A stretch of 64,000 nucleotides of DNA from Patescibacteria group bacterium (GCA_024238995.1 JANBVL010000001.1:10059-74058), one strand, 5' to 3'. Numbered from the stretch's first letter, positions 54,259-62,413 are shown. Numbers and translations are program-made. Notes: generated by a model not told the origin, from the letters alone.

Positions 54259-54286
54259 TTGACAATAATATTGGGTGAAATATAAT
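54259..54286 (+). promoter_or_regulatory. consensus sigma-70 promoter TTGACA-16-TATAAT
   Basis: TTGACA at 54259-54264 and TATAAT at 54281-54286. Confidence 0.55.
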
Positions 54287-54502
54287 CCTGTTGAGTAAAG
54301 GTTTTGCGAGTTAGTCGCGCAGAATTTTTTATAAACCAGACCTTGTTAATAAGTTGCAAAAAATCTTTAAAATGGTTTTCTGCAAATCTCATTAATGGGT
54401 CTTAAAACAATGGTTTTAAAGTTTAGATTTCTTCAAGACGAAGAAGAAGAAAACGAAGAAAGTAAAGAAGAGTAGTTAAATCTTCTTTGAATTTTAAAAC
54501 AA

Positions 54503-54527
54503 AAATCGCCATTGAGGCGATTTTTGG
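54503..54527 (+). terminator. rho-independent terminator closing the 54.3-kb orphan transcription unit
   Basis: aaaatcgcc-attga-ggcgattttt. Confidence 0.65.
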
Positions 54528-54597
54528 ATTAAGGACAATTTTTTGACATAATGAAAGGGGTTGATAAAATGAAGCATATTATTTAAAAATTCAAAAT

Positions 54598-55320
54598 ATG
54601 AAAATACTTAAAAATGCGGGTAGCTTTATAATTTTAACTCCAGAAAAAGAATTAAAAGAGCAATTATTAAGAATTGAAGAAGGGGGCAGGACTTGTTATC
54701 AGTCCAAGAAAGATGAAATTAATGAAGAAACAGCAAAAAAGTTTATTCAAATGATTCTTAAAAGAGGCCATGAAAGTGTGATCGAACATAGTAATATGAC
54801 AGTTCAATTTAATAATGTTTCCCGTGGATTTACTCATGAATTAGTTAGGCATCGTTTGTGTGCGTTTTCTCAAGAATCAACTCGTTATGTTGATTATTCT
54901 AAAAAAGGCGAGGGTGTGGATTTGAAAAAATTTCAAGTAAAATTTGTAGTTCCACCTCATAAAAATGAAAATGAAAAAGTTAAACTAGAGGATGGAAAAG
55001 AAATGTCTATGACTGATATGTTTAATGAGTGTGAGAATTTTTATAGATCTCTGCGAAAAGCTGGTTGGTCTCCCCAAGATGCTCGCCAAATTCTTCCAAT
55101 TGGGACTAAATCCCAGATAATTGTTTCTGCGAATTTCAGGCAATGGCGCCATATATTTTCCTTAAGAACTGACAGGGCAGCGCATTGGGAAATTCGGAAA
55201 ATTATGTGTGATTTATTAAAACATATTCAAAAAATTGTTCCAGTGATTTTTGATGATTTTGTTTACAAAGGTGTAGACCAAGACAATGTATCATATTTTA
55301 AAAAAACTGCTTTAAGATAA
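54598..55320 (+). CDS. thyX: FAD-dependent thymidylate synthase
   Basis: ThyX motif RHRLCAFSQESTRY plus the downstream R..R pairs. 240 aa. Confidence 0.9.
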   Translation: MKILKNAGSFIILTPEKELKEQLLRIEEGGRTCYQSKKDEINEETAKKFIQMILKRGHESVIEHSNMTVQFNNVSRGFTHELVRHRLCAFSQESTRYVDYSKKGEGVDLKKFQVKFVVPPHKNENEKVKLEDGKEMSMTDMFNECENFYRSLRKAGWSPQDARQILPIGTKSQIIVSANFRQWRHIFSLRTDRAAHWEIRKIMCDLLKHIQKIVPVIFDDFVYKGVDQDNVSYFKKTALR

Positions 55321-55340
55321 ATAATATTCAACCTAAAAAT

Positions 55341-56672
55341 GTGGAGTATTTAAAAAAAACAGATTTTCAAGTACAAGAACTTATTAAAAAAGAAATAAAA
55401 AGGCAGGAAACCACTTTAATGATGATTCCTTCAGAAAATCATAGTTCTTATGCAGTTAGAGAAGTGGTTGGTTCAATGCTTCAAGATAAATATTGTGAGG
55501 GTTATCCAAATAAACGTTATTATCAGGGCCAGGAAAACTTTGATAAGTTAGAAATATTGTGCCAAGAACGGGCTAAAAAAGCTTTTAAAGTTCCGTTTGT
55601 TAATGTCCAGGCTTTATCTGGCAGTCCTGCAAACTGCGCAGTATACATGGCTGTTTTAAATCCTAATGATAAAATCATGGCTTTAAGAATGGATCAAGGC
55701 GGCCATATTAGCCATGGATTAAATATTAACTTTTCAGGAAGGTTTTTTGAAAATGTTTTTTACAAGACAAACAAAGAGGGACTTATCGATTATGACGAAA
55801 TGGAAGGATTAGCTTTAAAAGAAAAACCAAACCTTATTATCGCAGGAATAACGTCTTATCCTTTAGCTTTAGATTTTGCTCGTTTCTCAGAGATCGCTGA
55901 AAAATGCAATGCCTACTTAATGGCTGATATTGCCCATGTTGCTGGACTCGTTTTAGCTGGAGCTTATCCTGATCCAGTGCCTTATTGCCATATCGTTAAT
56001 ACAACAACTCATAAAACTTTAAGGGGTCCAAGAGGCGCCTTGATCATGGTAACTGAAAAAGGTTTAGAAAAAGATTCTGAATTGCCTCAAAAAATAAACA
56101 GGGCTATTTTCCCAGGATTGCAGGGCGGTCCCCATGAGAACAATATTGCTGGCATTGCAGTTGCTTTAAAAGAAGCTCAAAAACCAGAATTTATTGAATA
56201 TGGCAAGCAGATTGTTGAAAATGCCAAAACATTGGCCCAATCCTTAAAGGAACAAAGAATAAAGCTTTGTTCCGGAGGAACTAATACCCACCTTATAATG
56301 ATTGATTTAAGAAATCTTGAAATATTGGGCAATACAGCTGCTGAAGCTTTAGAAACAGCTGGTATTGTTACTAATAGAAACATGATTCCCAATGATCCAA
56401 ATCCGCCATTCTATCCTTCAGGTTTAAGACTAGGAACTCCTGGAATAACTAGCAGGGGAATGAAAGAGGAAGAAATGAAGCAGATTAGTTCTTTTATAAA
56501 TGCTGTTTTAAAAGATATTTCAAGCTTAAAAAAACAAGCAGGTATTTCTTTTGAACAAGAAAAAGACCTTCAAACAAGGCAAAACATTATATTAAAAAGC
56601 AGCAGGATTAGAGAAACTAAGCAAGAGGTTGAAAGATTATGTGCAAAATTTCCTATTAAAAGAGAATATTAG
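55341..56672 (+). CDS. glyA: serine hydroxymethyltransferase
   Basis: MMIPSENH, YCEGYPNKRYYQG, TTTHKTLRGPRG (PLP lysine) and GLRLGTPGITSRG. GTG start. Confidence 0.9.
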   Translation: MEYLKKTDFQVQELIKKEIKRQETTLMMIPSENHSSYAVREVVGSMLQDKYCEGYPNKRYYQGQENFDKLEILCQERAKKAFKVPFVNVQALSGSPANCAVYMAVLNPNDKIMALRMDQGGHISHGLNINFSGRFFENVFYKTNKEGLIDYDEMEGLALKEKPNLIIAGITSYPLALDFARFSEIAEKCNAYLMADIAHVAGLVLAGAYPDPVPYCHIVNTTTHKTLRGPRGALIMVTEKGLEKDSELPQKINRAIFPGLQGGPHENNIAGIAVALKEAQKPEFIEYGKQIVENAKTLAQSLKEQRIKLCSGGTNTHLIMIDLRNLEILGNTAAEALETAGIVTNRNMIPNDPNPPFYPSGLRLGTPGITSRGMKEEEMKQISSFINAVLKDISSLKKQAGISFEQEKDLQTRQNIILKSSRIRETKQEVERLCAKFPIKREY

Positions 56673-56694
56673 GTCTGATTTACGAGTGTTCTAC

Positions 56695-56724
56695 TTGACA
56701 ATAGCTTTAAACTCACGATAGAAT
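56695..56724 (+). promoter_or_regulatory. promoter TTGACA-18-TAGAAT
   Basis: TTGACA at 56695-56700 and TAGAAT at 56719-56724. Confidence 0.45.
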
Positions 56725-56826
56725 CTAGATATATAGTACTAGGTTAAATGGGGTTAGTCTTCCATTGCCGTTTAGGAAGGAAATGATTTATTTTCCTTTT
56801 AAGTTAAAAATAAGTGAATTAATAGT

Positions 56827-57009
56827 ATGAACAAGATTTTACTAATGCAAGAAGAAGAAACTAAAACTCCTGAACAAGAAACAGGAACTGAAGGAACAGA
56901 AGAGAAAACCCCAGAGACAGGAACAGAAGAAGGAGAAACTAAGGAAGCTGAAGGAGGAGAAACTAAGGAAGCTGAAGGAGGAGAATCCTCTGAAGGCGGA
57001 ACGCAGTAA
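56827..57009 (+). CDS. small acidic low-complexity (E/T/G-rich) protein
   Basis: 60 aa. Contains a perfect 24-nt tandem duplication GGAGAAACTAAGGAAGCTGAAGGA (56932-56955 and 56956-56979). Followed by the terminator at 57028-57050. Confidence 0.4.
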   Translation: MNKILLMQEEETKTPEQETGTEGTEEKTPETGTEEGETKEAEGGETKEAEGGESSEGGTQ

Positions 57010-57027
57010 ATTAAAAGACTTAGAAAA

Positions 57028-57050
57028 AGCACCCAAAAGGGTGCTTTTTT
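57028..57050 (+). terminator. rho-independent terminator
   Basis: agcaccc-aaaa-gggtgct followed by ttttt. Confidence 0.7.
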
Positions 57051-57189
57051 ACTAAATCTAAATATCCATATAGTCATAATTTAGTTTTTAGCAACATAAG
57101 CTCTAATTCTAATCAGCAAAACCACTGCATAGAATGTAGTGGTTTTCATTTATTATTTTTAAAAATATTAATCTTGTTTGATTTTTACT

Positions 57190-58653
57190 TTAAAGCGTTG
57201 TAAATGATGATTCTGTTGAGGTTGCTTCATTATCAGATATATCACTTGAACTAATAATAAAGTAATGGGTTGTGCTGGCATTAAGACCTAATAGAGAAAT
57301 AGTGTGGTCTGTAACCAAATCACTTGAATCAACAGATAAAGTATTGTTCGAAATAATTAATGGGGTAGTAGTGCTGTACCAAACCACTGAATCTGATTCT
57401 TCATCTGTTTCCCAGATTATATCTGCAGTGTTTGTAGAAACACTTGAACTGATGCTGGAAATGATTGGCGCTGTGGTATCTGGAGTTAATGTTGTGAACG
57501 AAGATTCTGTTGAAGTTGCTTTATTACCAGATGAATCAAACGAACTAACAATAAAATAATAAGTTGTGCTGGAATTTAAGTTTGATAAAGAAATGCTGTG
57601 AGTTGTTACAAGATTACTTGAATCAACAAATAAGGTATTGTTTGAGATAATTAATGGAGTAGTTGTACTATACCAAACCACTGAATCTGATTCTTCATCT
57701 GTATTCCAACTTATATCTGCTGTGTTTGTAGAAACGCTTGAGCTGATATTGGAAACAACTGGTGCTGTAATATCTAGTGTTGAAGTGGTGTTATTATCAT
57801 CATCGTTATCATCTTGATCTTCATTTTGATCTCCATTTTCACATTCATCAAGATAGTCACCATGATCAAGGTGAGCCAGTGCAGCTGGTTCCGCTACTTC
57901 TATTGTATGTGCGTTTCCAGGATTATCTGGAGGAATATGACAAATTACAACCTTTCCTTTATTTTTTGAATGATTTAACTTAAATCTTACTTTGATTTTA
58001 TCACGATGATTCTTTATTTCTAATTTTCTTCCATTCCCATTTTCAATTTCCATCTCAAAATCATCTAGATCAGATACATAATTTTCTGCAAGATCTGTTA
58101 GCTTTTCTATGATATCATCTACATATTCAGCAGCTTGTCCATTACCTTTTCGTTCAAGAAGGTCTTTGGTTTTTTCTAATCTTTTAAGGGCAGCTGGTAA
58201 AACTTTATTAGCTTTTTTTATTCTTTTAAAATTGTTTTCTGTTGATGTTGAAATAGTAATACTTTCTGAATCATTATCATTTTGAAAGGTTAAAGCTCTT
58301 TGAGCTTCCATGAGCCTTTCCTGGGCAAATTTCAAACGTAAATTATCTTTATTTTTTTCTTTTGACAAAGCAATCCGCACTCTTTCTATTGCTAAATCAA
58401 TAGGGTAGAGAAGATCTCCTGGCCCAGCATCATTTGAAGCTACTACTGTTGCAGCAGAAGCTCCTATAACAGCAACGATCATTAACAGGGCGAAAATAAA
58501 CTTTGGAGTTAGATTAACAAAAATTGATGGTTTAAAAACATTGATCTTGTTAATGCTGGTTTCAATTTTTGCCCAGAGCGTGTTTTTTTCAGCTTTAGTT
58601 AAAGGATTGGTTTTTGCTGTTTCTTTTAGTTTTTTTTCAATATTAGATGACAT
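57190..58653 (-). CDS. anti-sigma-like membrane protein (DUF5667-like) with two C-terminal FN3-like repeats
   Basis: Overlaps the sigma gene by 11 nt. One TM (FIFALLMIVAVIGASAATVVA), then GDLLYPIDLAIERVRIA, then VVICHIPPDNPGNAHTIEV..AHLDHGD, then 2 x 98-aa repeats. Confidence 0.7.
   Translation of the reverse strand: MSSNIEKKLKETAKTNPLTKAEKNTLWAKIETSINKINVFKPSIFVNLTPKFIFALLMIVAVIGASAATVVASNDAGPGDLLYPIDLAIERVRIALSKEKNKDNLRLKFAQERLMEAQRALTFQNDNDSESITISTSTENNFKRIKKANKVLPAALKRLEKTKDLLERKGNGQAAEYVDDIIEKLTDLAENYVSDLDDFEMEIENGNGRKLEIKNHRDKIKVRFKLNHSKNKGKVVICHIPPDNPGNAHTIEVAEPAALAHLDHGDYLDECENGDQNEDQDDNDDDNNTTSTLDITAPVVSNISSSVSTNTADISWNTDEESDSVVWYSTTTPLIISNNTLFVDSSNLVTTHSISLSNLNSSTTYYFIVSSFDSSGNKATSTESSFTTLTPDTTAPIISSISSSVSTNTADIIWETDEESDSVVWYSTTTPLIISNNTLSVDSSDLVTDHTISLLGLNASTTHYFIISSSDISDNEATSTESSFTTL
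57193..57774 (-). repeat. tandem 294-bp (98-codon) duplication inside the anti-sigma-like gene
   Basis: For example accactgaatctgattcttcatctg at 57383 and at 57677 (offset 294). Protein units D(I/T)TAP..SSSVSTNTADI.W.TDEESDSVVWYSTTTPLIISNNTL. Confidence 0.85.
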
Positions 58654-59191
58654 AGCTGTTTTTTTTAAAATTAATCTTTAATTTTTGTAAAGCTCTGTGA
58701 TGCCTTACTTTAGCAGCTGATTCTGTAATATTTAGGACAGCTGCAATTTCATTAAATGTCATTTGAGACCAATAACGCAATCTTATAATGTCTTGGTTCC
58801 CAGATGTAAGTGTATCTATATGTTGCAATATGTATTCATAGTCATTTTGTTCTTCTATTGGTTGAGCTAATTGTTTTTCATCTAGTTTATCTAAGGAAAT
58901 GATTTTTTGCTTATTCTTGTAATAGTGATAAAGCTTGCGTTTGATTATTGTGAATATAAAGCCATTAAATGATTGATCTGACTTGTATCTAAATCTTTTT
59001 AAAGATTTCCAAAGATCAATAAATGTTTCCTGACAAATATCTAGCGCATCATCTCTATTTGAGGTACGAGAAAAAATATAGGCAAAAAACCTGTCACTCA
59101 AGCTGTCGAATATCTTTTTAAAAGCATCTTTGTTGCCATTTTGAGCTTGTTCGACCAATATCTTTAATTCCTGGTTGCTTTCTTGATACAT
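58643..59191 (-). CDS. ECF-type sigma-70-family RNA polymerase sigma factor
   Basis: Region 2 (DALDICQETFIDLWKS) and region 4 HTH (MTFNEIAAVLNITESAAKVRHHRALQKL). Confidence 0.85.
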   Translation of the reverse strand: MYQESNQELKILVEQAQNGNKDAFKKIFDSLSDRFFAYIFSRTSNRDDALDICQETFIDLWKSLKRFRYKSDQSFNGFIFTIIKRKLYHYYKNKQKIISLDKLDEKQLAQPIEEQNDYEYILQHIDTLTSGNQDIIRLRYWSQMTFNEIAAVLNITESAAKVRHHRALQKLKINFKKNSYVI

Positions 59192-59295
59192 TGTATTGTG
59201 TATACACTAATATAATATGTAACTTTAACCAAGAAAGGTTACATAATCAAATTGGTTTTATATATTGATTCATGAAATCAGTATTTTATTCTTCC

Positions 59296-59323
59296 TTGAC
59301 ATTTTTGGAAAAATATCTATAAT
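59296..59323 (+). promoter_or_regulatory. consensus promoter TTGACA-16-TATAAT
   Basis: TTGACA at 59296-59301 and TATAAT at 59318-59323. Confidence 0.5.
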
Positions 59324-59353
59324 ATAGACAGCACATAGTGCAAGTGAAAAAAA

Positions 59354-59545
59354 ATGACTGAACCTGATATGGAAATAGCTCTTTTTCTGGCTGCTCATTT
59401 AGATAACCCTTGTGGTATTGAAATTGATGGTGAGTGGCATGATATCAGGGATTTTTACGAAAGGCTTGCTCGAAAGCTTTTAGCTTCAATGACCAATCCT
59501 GGCGCAAAAGAATTCTTAGAAAAAAAGATAAAAAAAGAGATTTAA
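59354..59545 (+). CDS. hypothetical protein
   Basis: 63-aa ORF between a consensus promoter and a terminator. Confidence 0.45.
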   Translation: MTEPDMEIALFLAAHLDNPCGIEIDGEWHDIRDFYERLARKLLASMTNPGAKEFLEKKIKKEI

Positions 59546-59560
59546 AAAAATTTCAAATAG

Positions 59561-59591
59561 AAACCGTTACAATAAAGCTAACGGTTTTTTT
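59561..59591 (+). terminator. rho-independent terminator
   Basis: aaaccgtta-caataaagc-taacggttt followed by tttt. Confidence 0.7.
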
Positions 59592-59726
59592 ATTTTGATT
59601 TTTTAACATAACGCTAGGGTAGAAAACTAGTGCTTTTCTATTATTATTTGCAATAATCTCTTGAGCTTGTTAAACTGAACAAGATTTTTAGAACATTAAA
59701 AAAATCAAAAATAAGAGGTATGAAAA

Positions 59727-60320
59727 ATGACAAAAAATGGAAAAATAGTGGTTTTTACTGGACCCATGTTCGCTAGTAAAACTAATAGGATTATAGAAGA
59801 ACTGGAAAAAGCAGAAATTGCAGGACTAAAGATTCGAGCCTTTAGACCTAGCACTGATACAAGATCTAAAGGATCTTGCCTTAATTCTCATTCAAAACGA
59901 AAAATAGAAGCGGTGATTATAAACCCTTATTTATCACTAGAATTAAGAACAAAAATAAAAACAGATTTGGAAAATGATGGAATTAAGGTTGCTGCTTTTG
60001 ATGAAGCACAATTCTTTTCAGATGAGATTATTGATTTCATTGATGAACTTGCTTGCCTTGGCATAAACATAATCGTTGGTGGGCTTGATACGGATTCCAA
60101 TAGAAAACCATTTGGACCAATGCCATCCATTCTTGCCAAAGCGGAAAAAGTCTTCAAATTAAAAGCGGTTTGTGAAGGCTGTCATGAAGAAGAAGCTTCA
60201 TTTACTTCATGGCGAGAAGCTAAAGCTGACAAGAAACAGGTAATAATTATTGGGGGGAAAAAAGAATATGCTCCCTTATGTAGGTCATGTTGGTATCATC
60301 GCAATGGAGTCAAAGAGTAA
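59727..60320 (+). CDS. tdk: thymidine kinase
   Basis: P-loop FTGPMFASKT, FDEAQFF and the Zn lasso C..C...C..C. 197 aa. Confidence 0.85.
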   Translation: MTKNGKIVVFTGPMFASKTNRIIEELEKAEIAGLKIRAFRPSTDTRSKGSCLNSHSKRKIEAVIINPYLSLELRTKIKTDLENDGIKVAAFDEAQFFSDEIIDFIDELACLGINIIVGGLDTDSNRKPFGPMPSILAKAEKVFKLKAVCEGCHEEEASFTSWREAKADKKQVIIIGGKKEYAPLCRSCWYHRNGVKE

Positions 60321-60356
60321 TCCAAAAACATTCTCAATTTTGTAATTCACAATTAC

Positions 60357-60387
60357 AGGCAGATGCTTAATCTGCCTTATTTTTTTC
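60357..60387 (+). terminator. rho-independent terminator after tdk
   Basis: aggcaga-tgcttaa-tctgcct followed by tattttttt. Confidence 0.7.
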
Positions 60388-60400
60388 TTTATACCCACTT

Positions 60401-60458
60401 AATATTGTGCGACGTTTATTGGATAGAGAAAAATACTAGAGTAGAGAACTAGCGTTTT
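60401..60458 (+). repeat. left copy of 58/59-nt two-block inverted repeat flanking the recombinase
   Basis: AATATTGTGCGACGTTTATT - 15-nt spacer - CTAGAGTAGAGAACTAGCGTTTT. Its partner in reverse complement lies at 61748-61806. Confidence 0.8.
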
Positions 60459-60459
60459 T

Positions 60460-61416
60460 TTATTCTTTTAGCTTTTTCCCACTATGGAACTTGCGGTGAA
60501 TTTCTTTTAAACGCTTACTTGTTACATGAGTATAGATTTGAGTTGAAGTAATACTTCTGTGACCTAAGAATTCTTGAATAGTTCTTAAATCAACGCCTTG
60601 GTTTAAAAGATCAGTTGCCATGGAATGTCTAAGTGTATGAGGAGTAGTAAAAACAGGAATGCCTGCTAAAATTGCATATTTTTTAACCAAGCGCTGAATA
60701 GAACGAGAGGTGAGTCGGCTATCTGCATCCTTCTTGGCCCTATAATGGATAAATAGAGCTTTTTCTTTATCTCTACGATTATCTAAATATTTTTTAATCC
60801 AATCTAAGGCTCTTTCTGAAAAATACACCGTTCTAGCAGATCCACCTTTTCCAATGACTGAAAGTTCTAAATCCTTCTTTTTTTGAATATTAGAAAATTG
60901 CTCTTTGTTTAAAGCAACAAGTTCTGCGATTCTAAGTCCAGTTGAAAATAATGATTCTAGAATGGCCCTATCCCTTAAACCAATCCTGGTATCATTGTTA
61001 GGGGATTTTAAGAACTTTTCAATTTGCTCTAAATTAAGAAATTTAATAGCTGTATCCTTTTTAGTGCCTTTAGGAAGCTTTATCTTATCTGCGGGAAGTG
61101 ATTGTATGTCTTTTGATGAAAAATAGCTTAAAAGGGCTCTGAGAGCGATAAGATAGTAGTTCTGAGTGATTTTCTTAAGGCTCTTGCCTTTGTTTGTATT
61201 AAAGCGAGATAGGAATAGGCGATACGTCCAAACATCATCAGCTGTAAATTGGTGAGGTAGTAGTTTTTCATTTTTTGTCTTTTTCAACCAAAACACAAAC
61301 TTATTTAAATATCTCTTATAATTTTCCTGTGTCTTATTAGCCAAACCTTTTTCAACTTCACAATAATCTAAAAAATCAGGAATATGGCTAATAATTGGAA
61401 TCTTTGATTTTTTCAT
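60460..61416 (-). CDS. tyrosine site-specific recombinase (XerC/XerD/integrase family)
   Basis: N-terminal core-binding domain. Catalytic region GLRIAEL, HTLRHSMATDLL, LGHRSITSTQIYTHV. Confidence 0.9.
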   Translation of the reverse strand: MKKSKIPIISHIPDFLDYCEVEKGLANKTQENYKRYLNKFVFWLKKTKNEKLLPHQFTADDVWTYRLFLSRFNTNKGKSLKKITQNYYLIALRALLSYFSSKDIQSLPADKIKLPKGTKKDTAIKFLNLEQIEKFLKSPNNDTRIGLRDRAILESLFSTGLRIAELVALNKEQFSNIQKKKDLELSVIGKGGSARTVYFSERALDWIKKYLDNRRDKEKALFIHYRAKKDADSRLTSRSIQRLVKKYAILAGIPVFTTPHTLRHSMATDLLNQGVDLRTIQEFLGHRSITSTQIYTHVTSKRLKEIHRKFHSGKKLKE

Positions 61417-61525
61417 TTTTTAAGGGGTCTTAGAGAAGTAGTCTAGTTTATATACACAATACGTCGCTTTACCATCATTGTGCGACATTGTCTACATATA
61501 TAATAACGTGGGGTAAAACCTCACG

Positions 61526-61714
61526 TCAAGTGGAAAACCCATACTTCCCCATGGGTACATTTACATTTTTTAGTTTATGTCCTTCTGGCAGATTAAAAAC
61601 AATTCTTTTTTGTAAGAATTCAGAACGAATAAGATTCGCACCAATATTTTTCAACTTTAATCTTATCTCGTCTTTATCAATATTTGTAAATTTTGCTTCG
61701 TATTCTATTTTCAT
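61526..61714 (-). pseudogene. 5' fragment of a CYTH-domain (CyaB/thiamine-triphosphatase-like) gene
   Basis: MKIEYEAKFTNIDKDEIRLKLKNIGANL...QKRIVF matches a CYTH N-terminus (ExExK motif). It stops after 62 codons, whereas full domains are around 150-180 aa. Confidence 0.5.
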
Positions 61715-61747
61715 AATATTTTATCCTACCAGAAACTTAGATAATTA

Positions 61748-61806
61748 AAAACACTAGCTCTCTACTCTAGCGTCTGTGTTCCACTCAATAAATGTCGCAC
61801 AATATT
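61748..61806 (-). repeat. right copy of the inverted repeat; also serves as 3' end/terminator region of the HEPN gene
   Basis: The reverse complement reads AATATTGTGCGACATTTATT - 16-nt spacer - CTAGAGTAGAGAGCTAGTGTTTT. That is 19/20 and 21/23 identity to the blocks at 60401-60458. Confidence 0.8.
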
Positions 61807-62413
61807 ATGGAATAATAATCCTGCTGGTTACTGTAATGATTCCAACATAATAATCAAAAAATGTGATATGTGAAGAAGAACTAATTGGTCTTAGCAATAA
61901 TCTTCCAGGTGTCATTCCTTGGATTCCATGTCCGAATTTTCCTAGAATTAAATCATTAAACTTCTCTCTTGATTTTTTAGATTTATGTGCAATTCTATTA
62001 CGAATTGTATTCATCTCGTCGCTGTCACGCGTAATTGTAATCATGGCTGTTTCATAAGGTTCGCCATCCTTAAAGTAAATTTTGGCTCTATTTCTCACTT
62101 TGCTCGCAGAGTTCCAACTAGCATAATCTCTATTTTCTCCTAATATAATTTCAATTGCTTTTTTTATATTTGGGGGTTTTACGAATCTCTTTGGAGTATA
62201 CCCAGAAGGTGACTTTGCTTCCAAAAGGTATCGTATAAATGATTCTTCTAAAAAACATTCCCACGCCATAAACACCCTTAAAAAAGCTAATTCAGCTACT
62301 ATTTCTACCTGAATGCCCGGTAAACCCGCTCTCCTAACTTTCGTTATTAAATTTCGACTACTGGCTATCTGCTTTGCCAGTTCTCTTAAAACATGTAAAA
62401 GATTGACTCGCAT
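61805..62413 (-). CDS. HEPN-domain protein (MAE_28990/MAE_18760-like), predicted RNase
   Basis: 202 aa, all-helical composition, Rx4H motif in NTIRNRIAHKS. Lies 17 nt downstream of the DUF262 gene. Confidence 0.6.
   Translation of the reverse strand: MRVNLLHVLRELAKQIASSRNLITKVRRAGLPGIQVEIVAELAFLRVFMAWECFLEESFIRYLLEAKSPSGYTPKRFVKPPNIKKAIEIILGENRDYASWNSASKVRNRAKIYFKDGEPYETAMITITRDSDEMNTIRNRIAHKSKKSREKFNDLILGKFGHGIQGMTPGRLLLRPISSSSHITFFDYYVGIITVTSRIIIP

Noticed and set aside
54287-54597. THF or ZTP riboswitch upstream of thyX/glyA (folate-related genes often have them).
   Set aside because: Only a superficial GCGAG...CGCGC resemblance. The unit ends in its own terminator, and thyX has a separate promoter. 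I could not find the conserved pseudoknot or loop sequences of either class.
56932-56979. Perfect 24-nt tandem repeat as a possible CRISPR or minisatellite.
   Set aside because: There are only two abutting copies with no spacers, in frame within an ORF. It is a simple coding duplication.
59218-59246. Palindrome atgtaac...gttacat in the sigma-factor upstream region as a possible operator.
   Set aside because: It is a single 7-bp inverted repeat in AT-rich DNA with no second copy or ECF-type -35/-10 (GGAAC/CGT) nearby. The evidence is insufficient.
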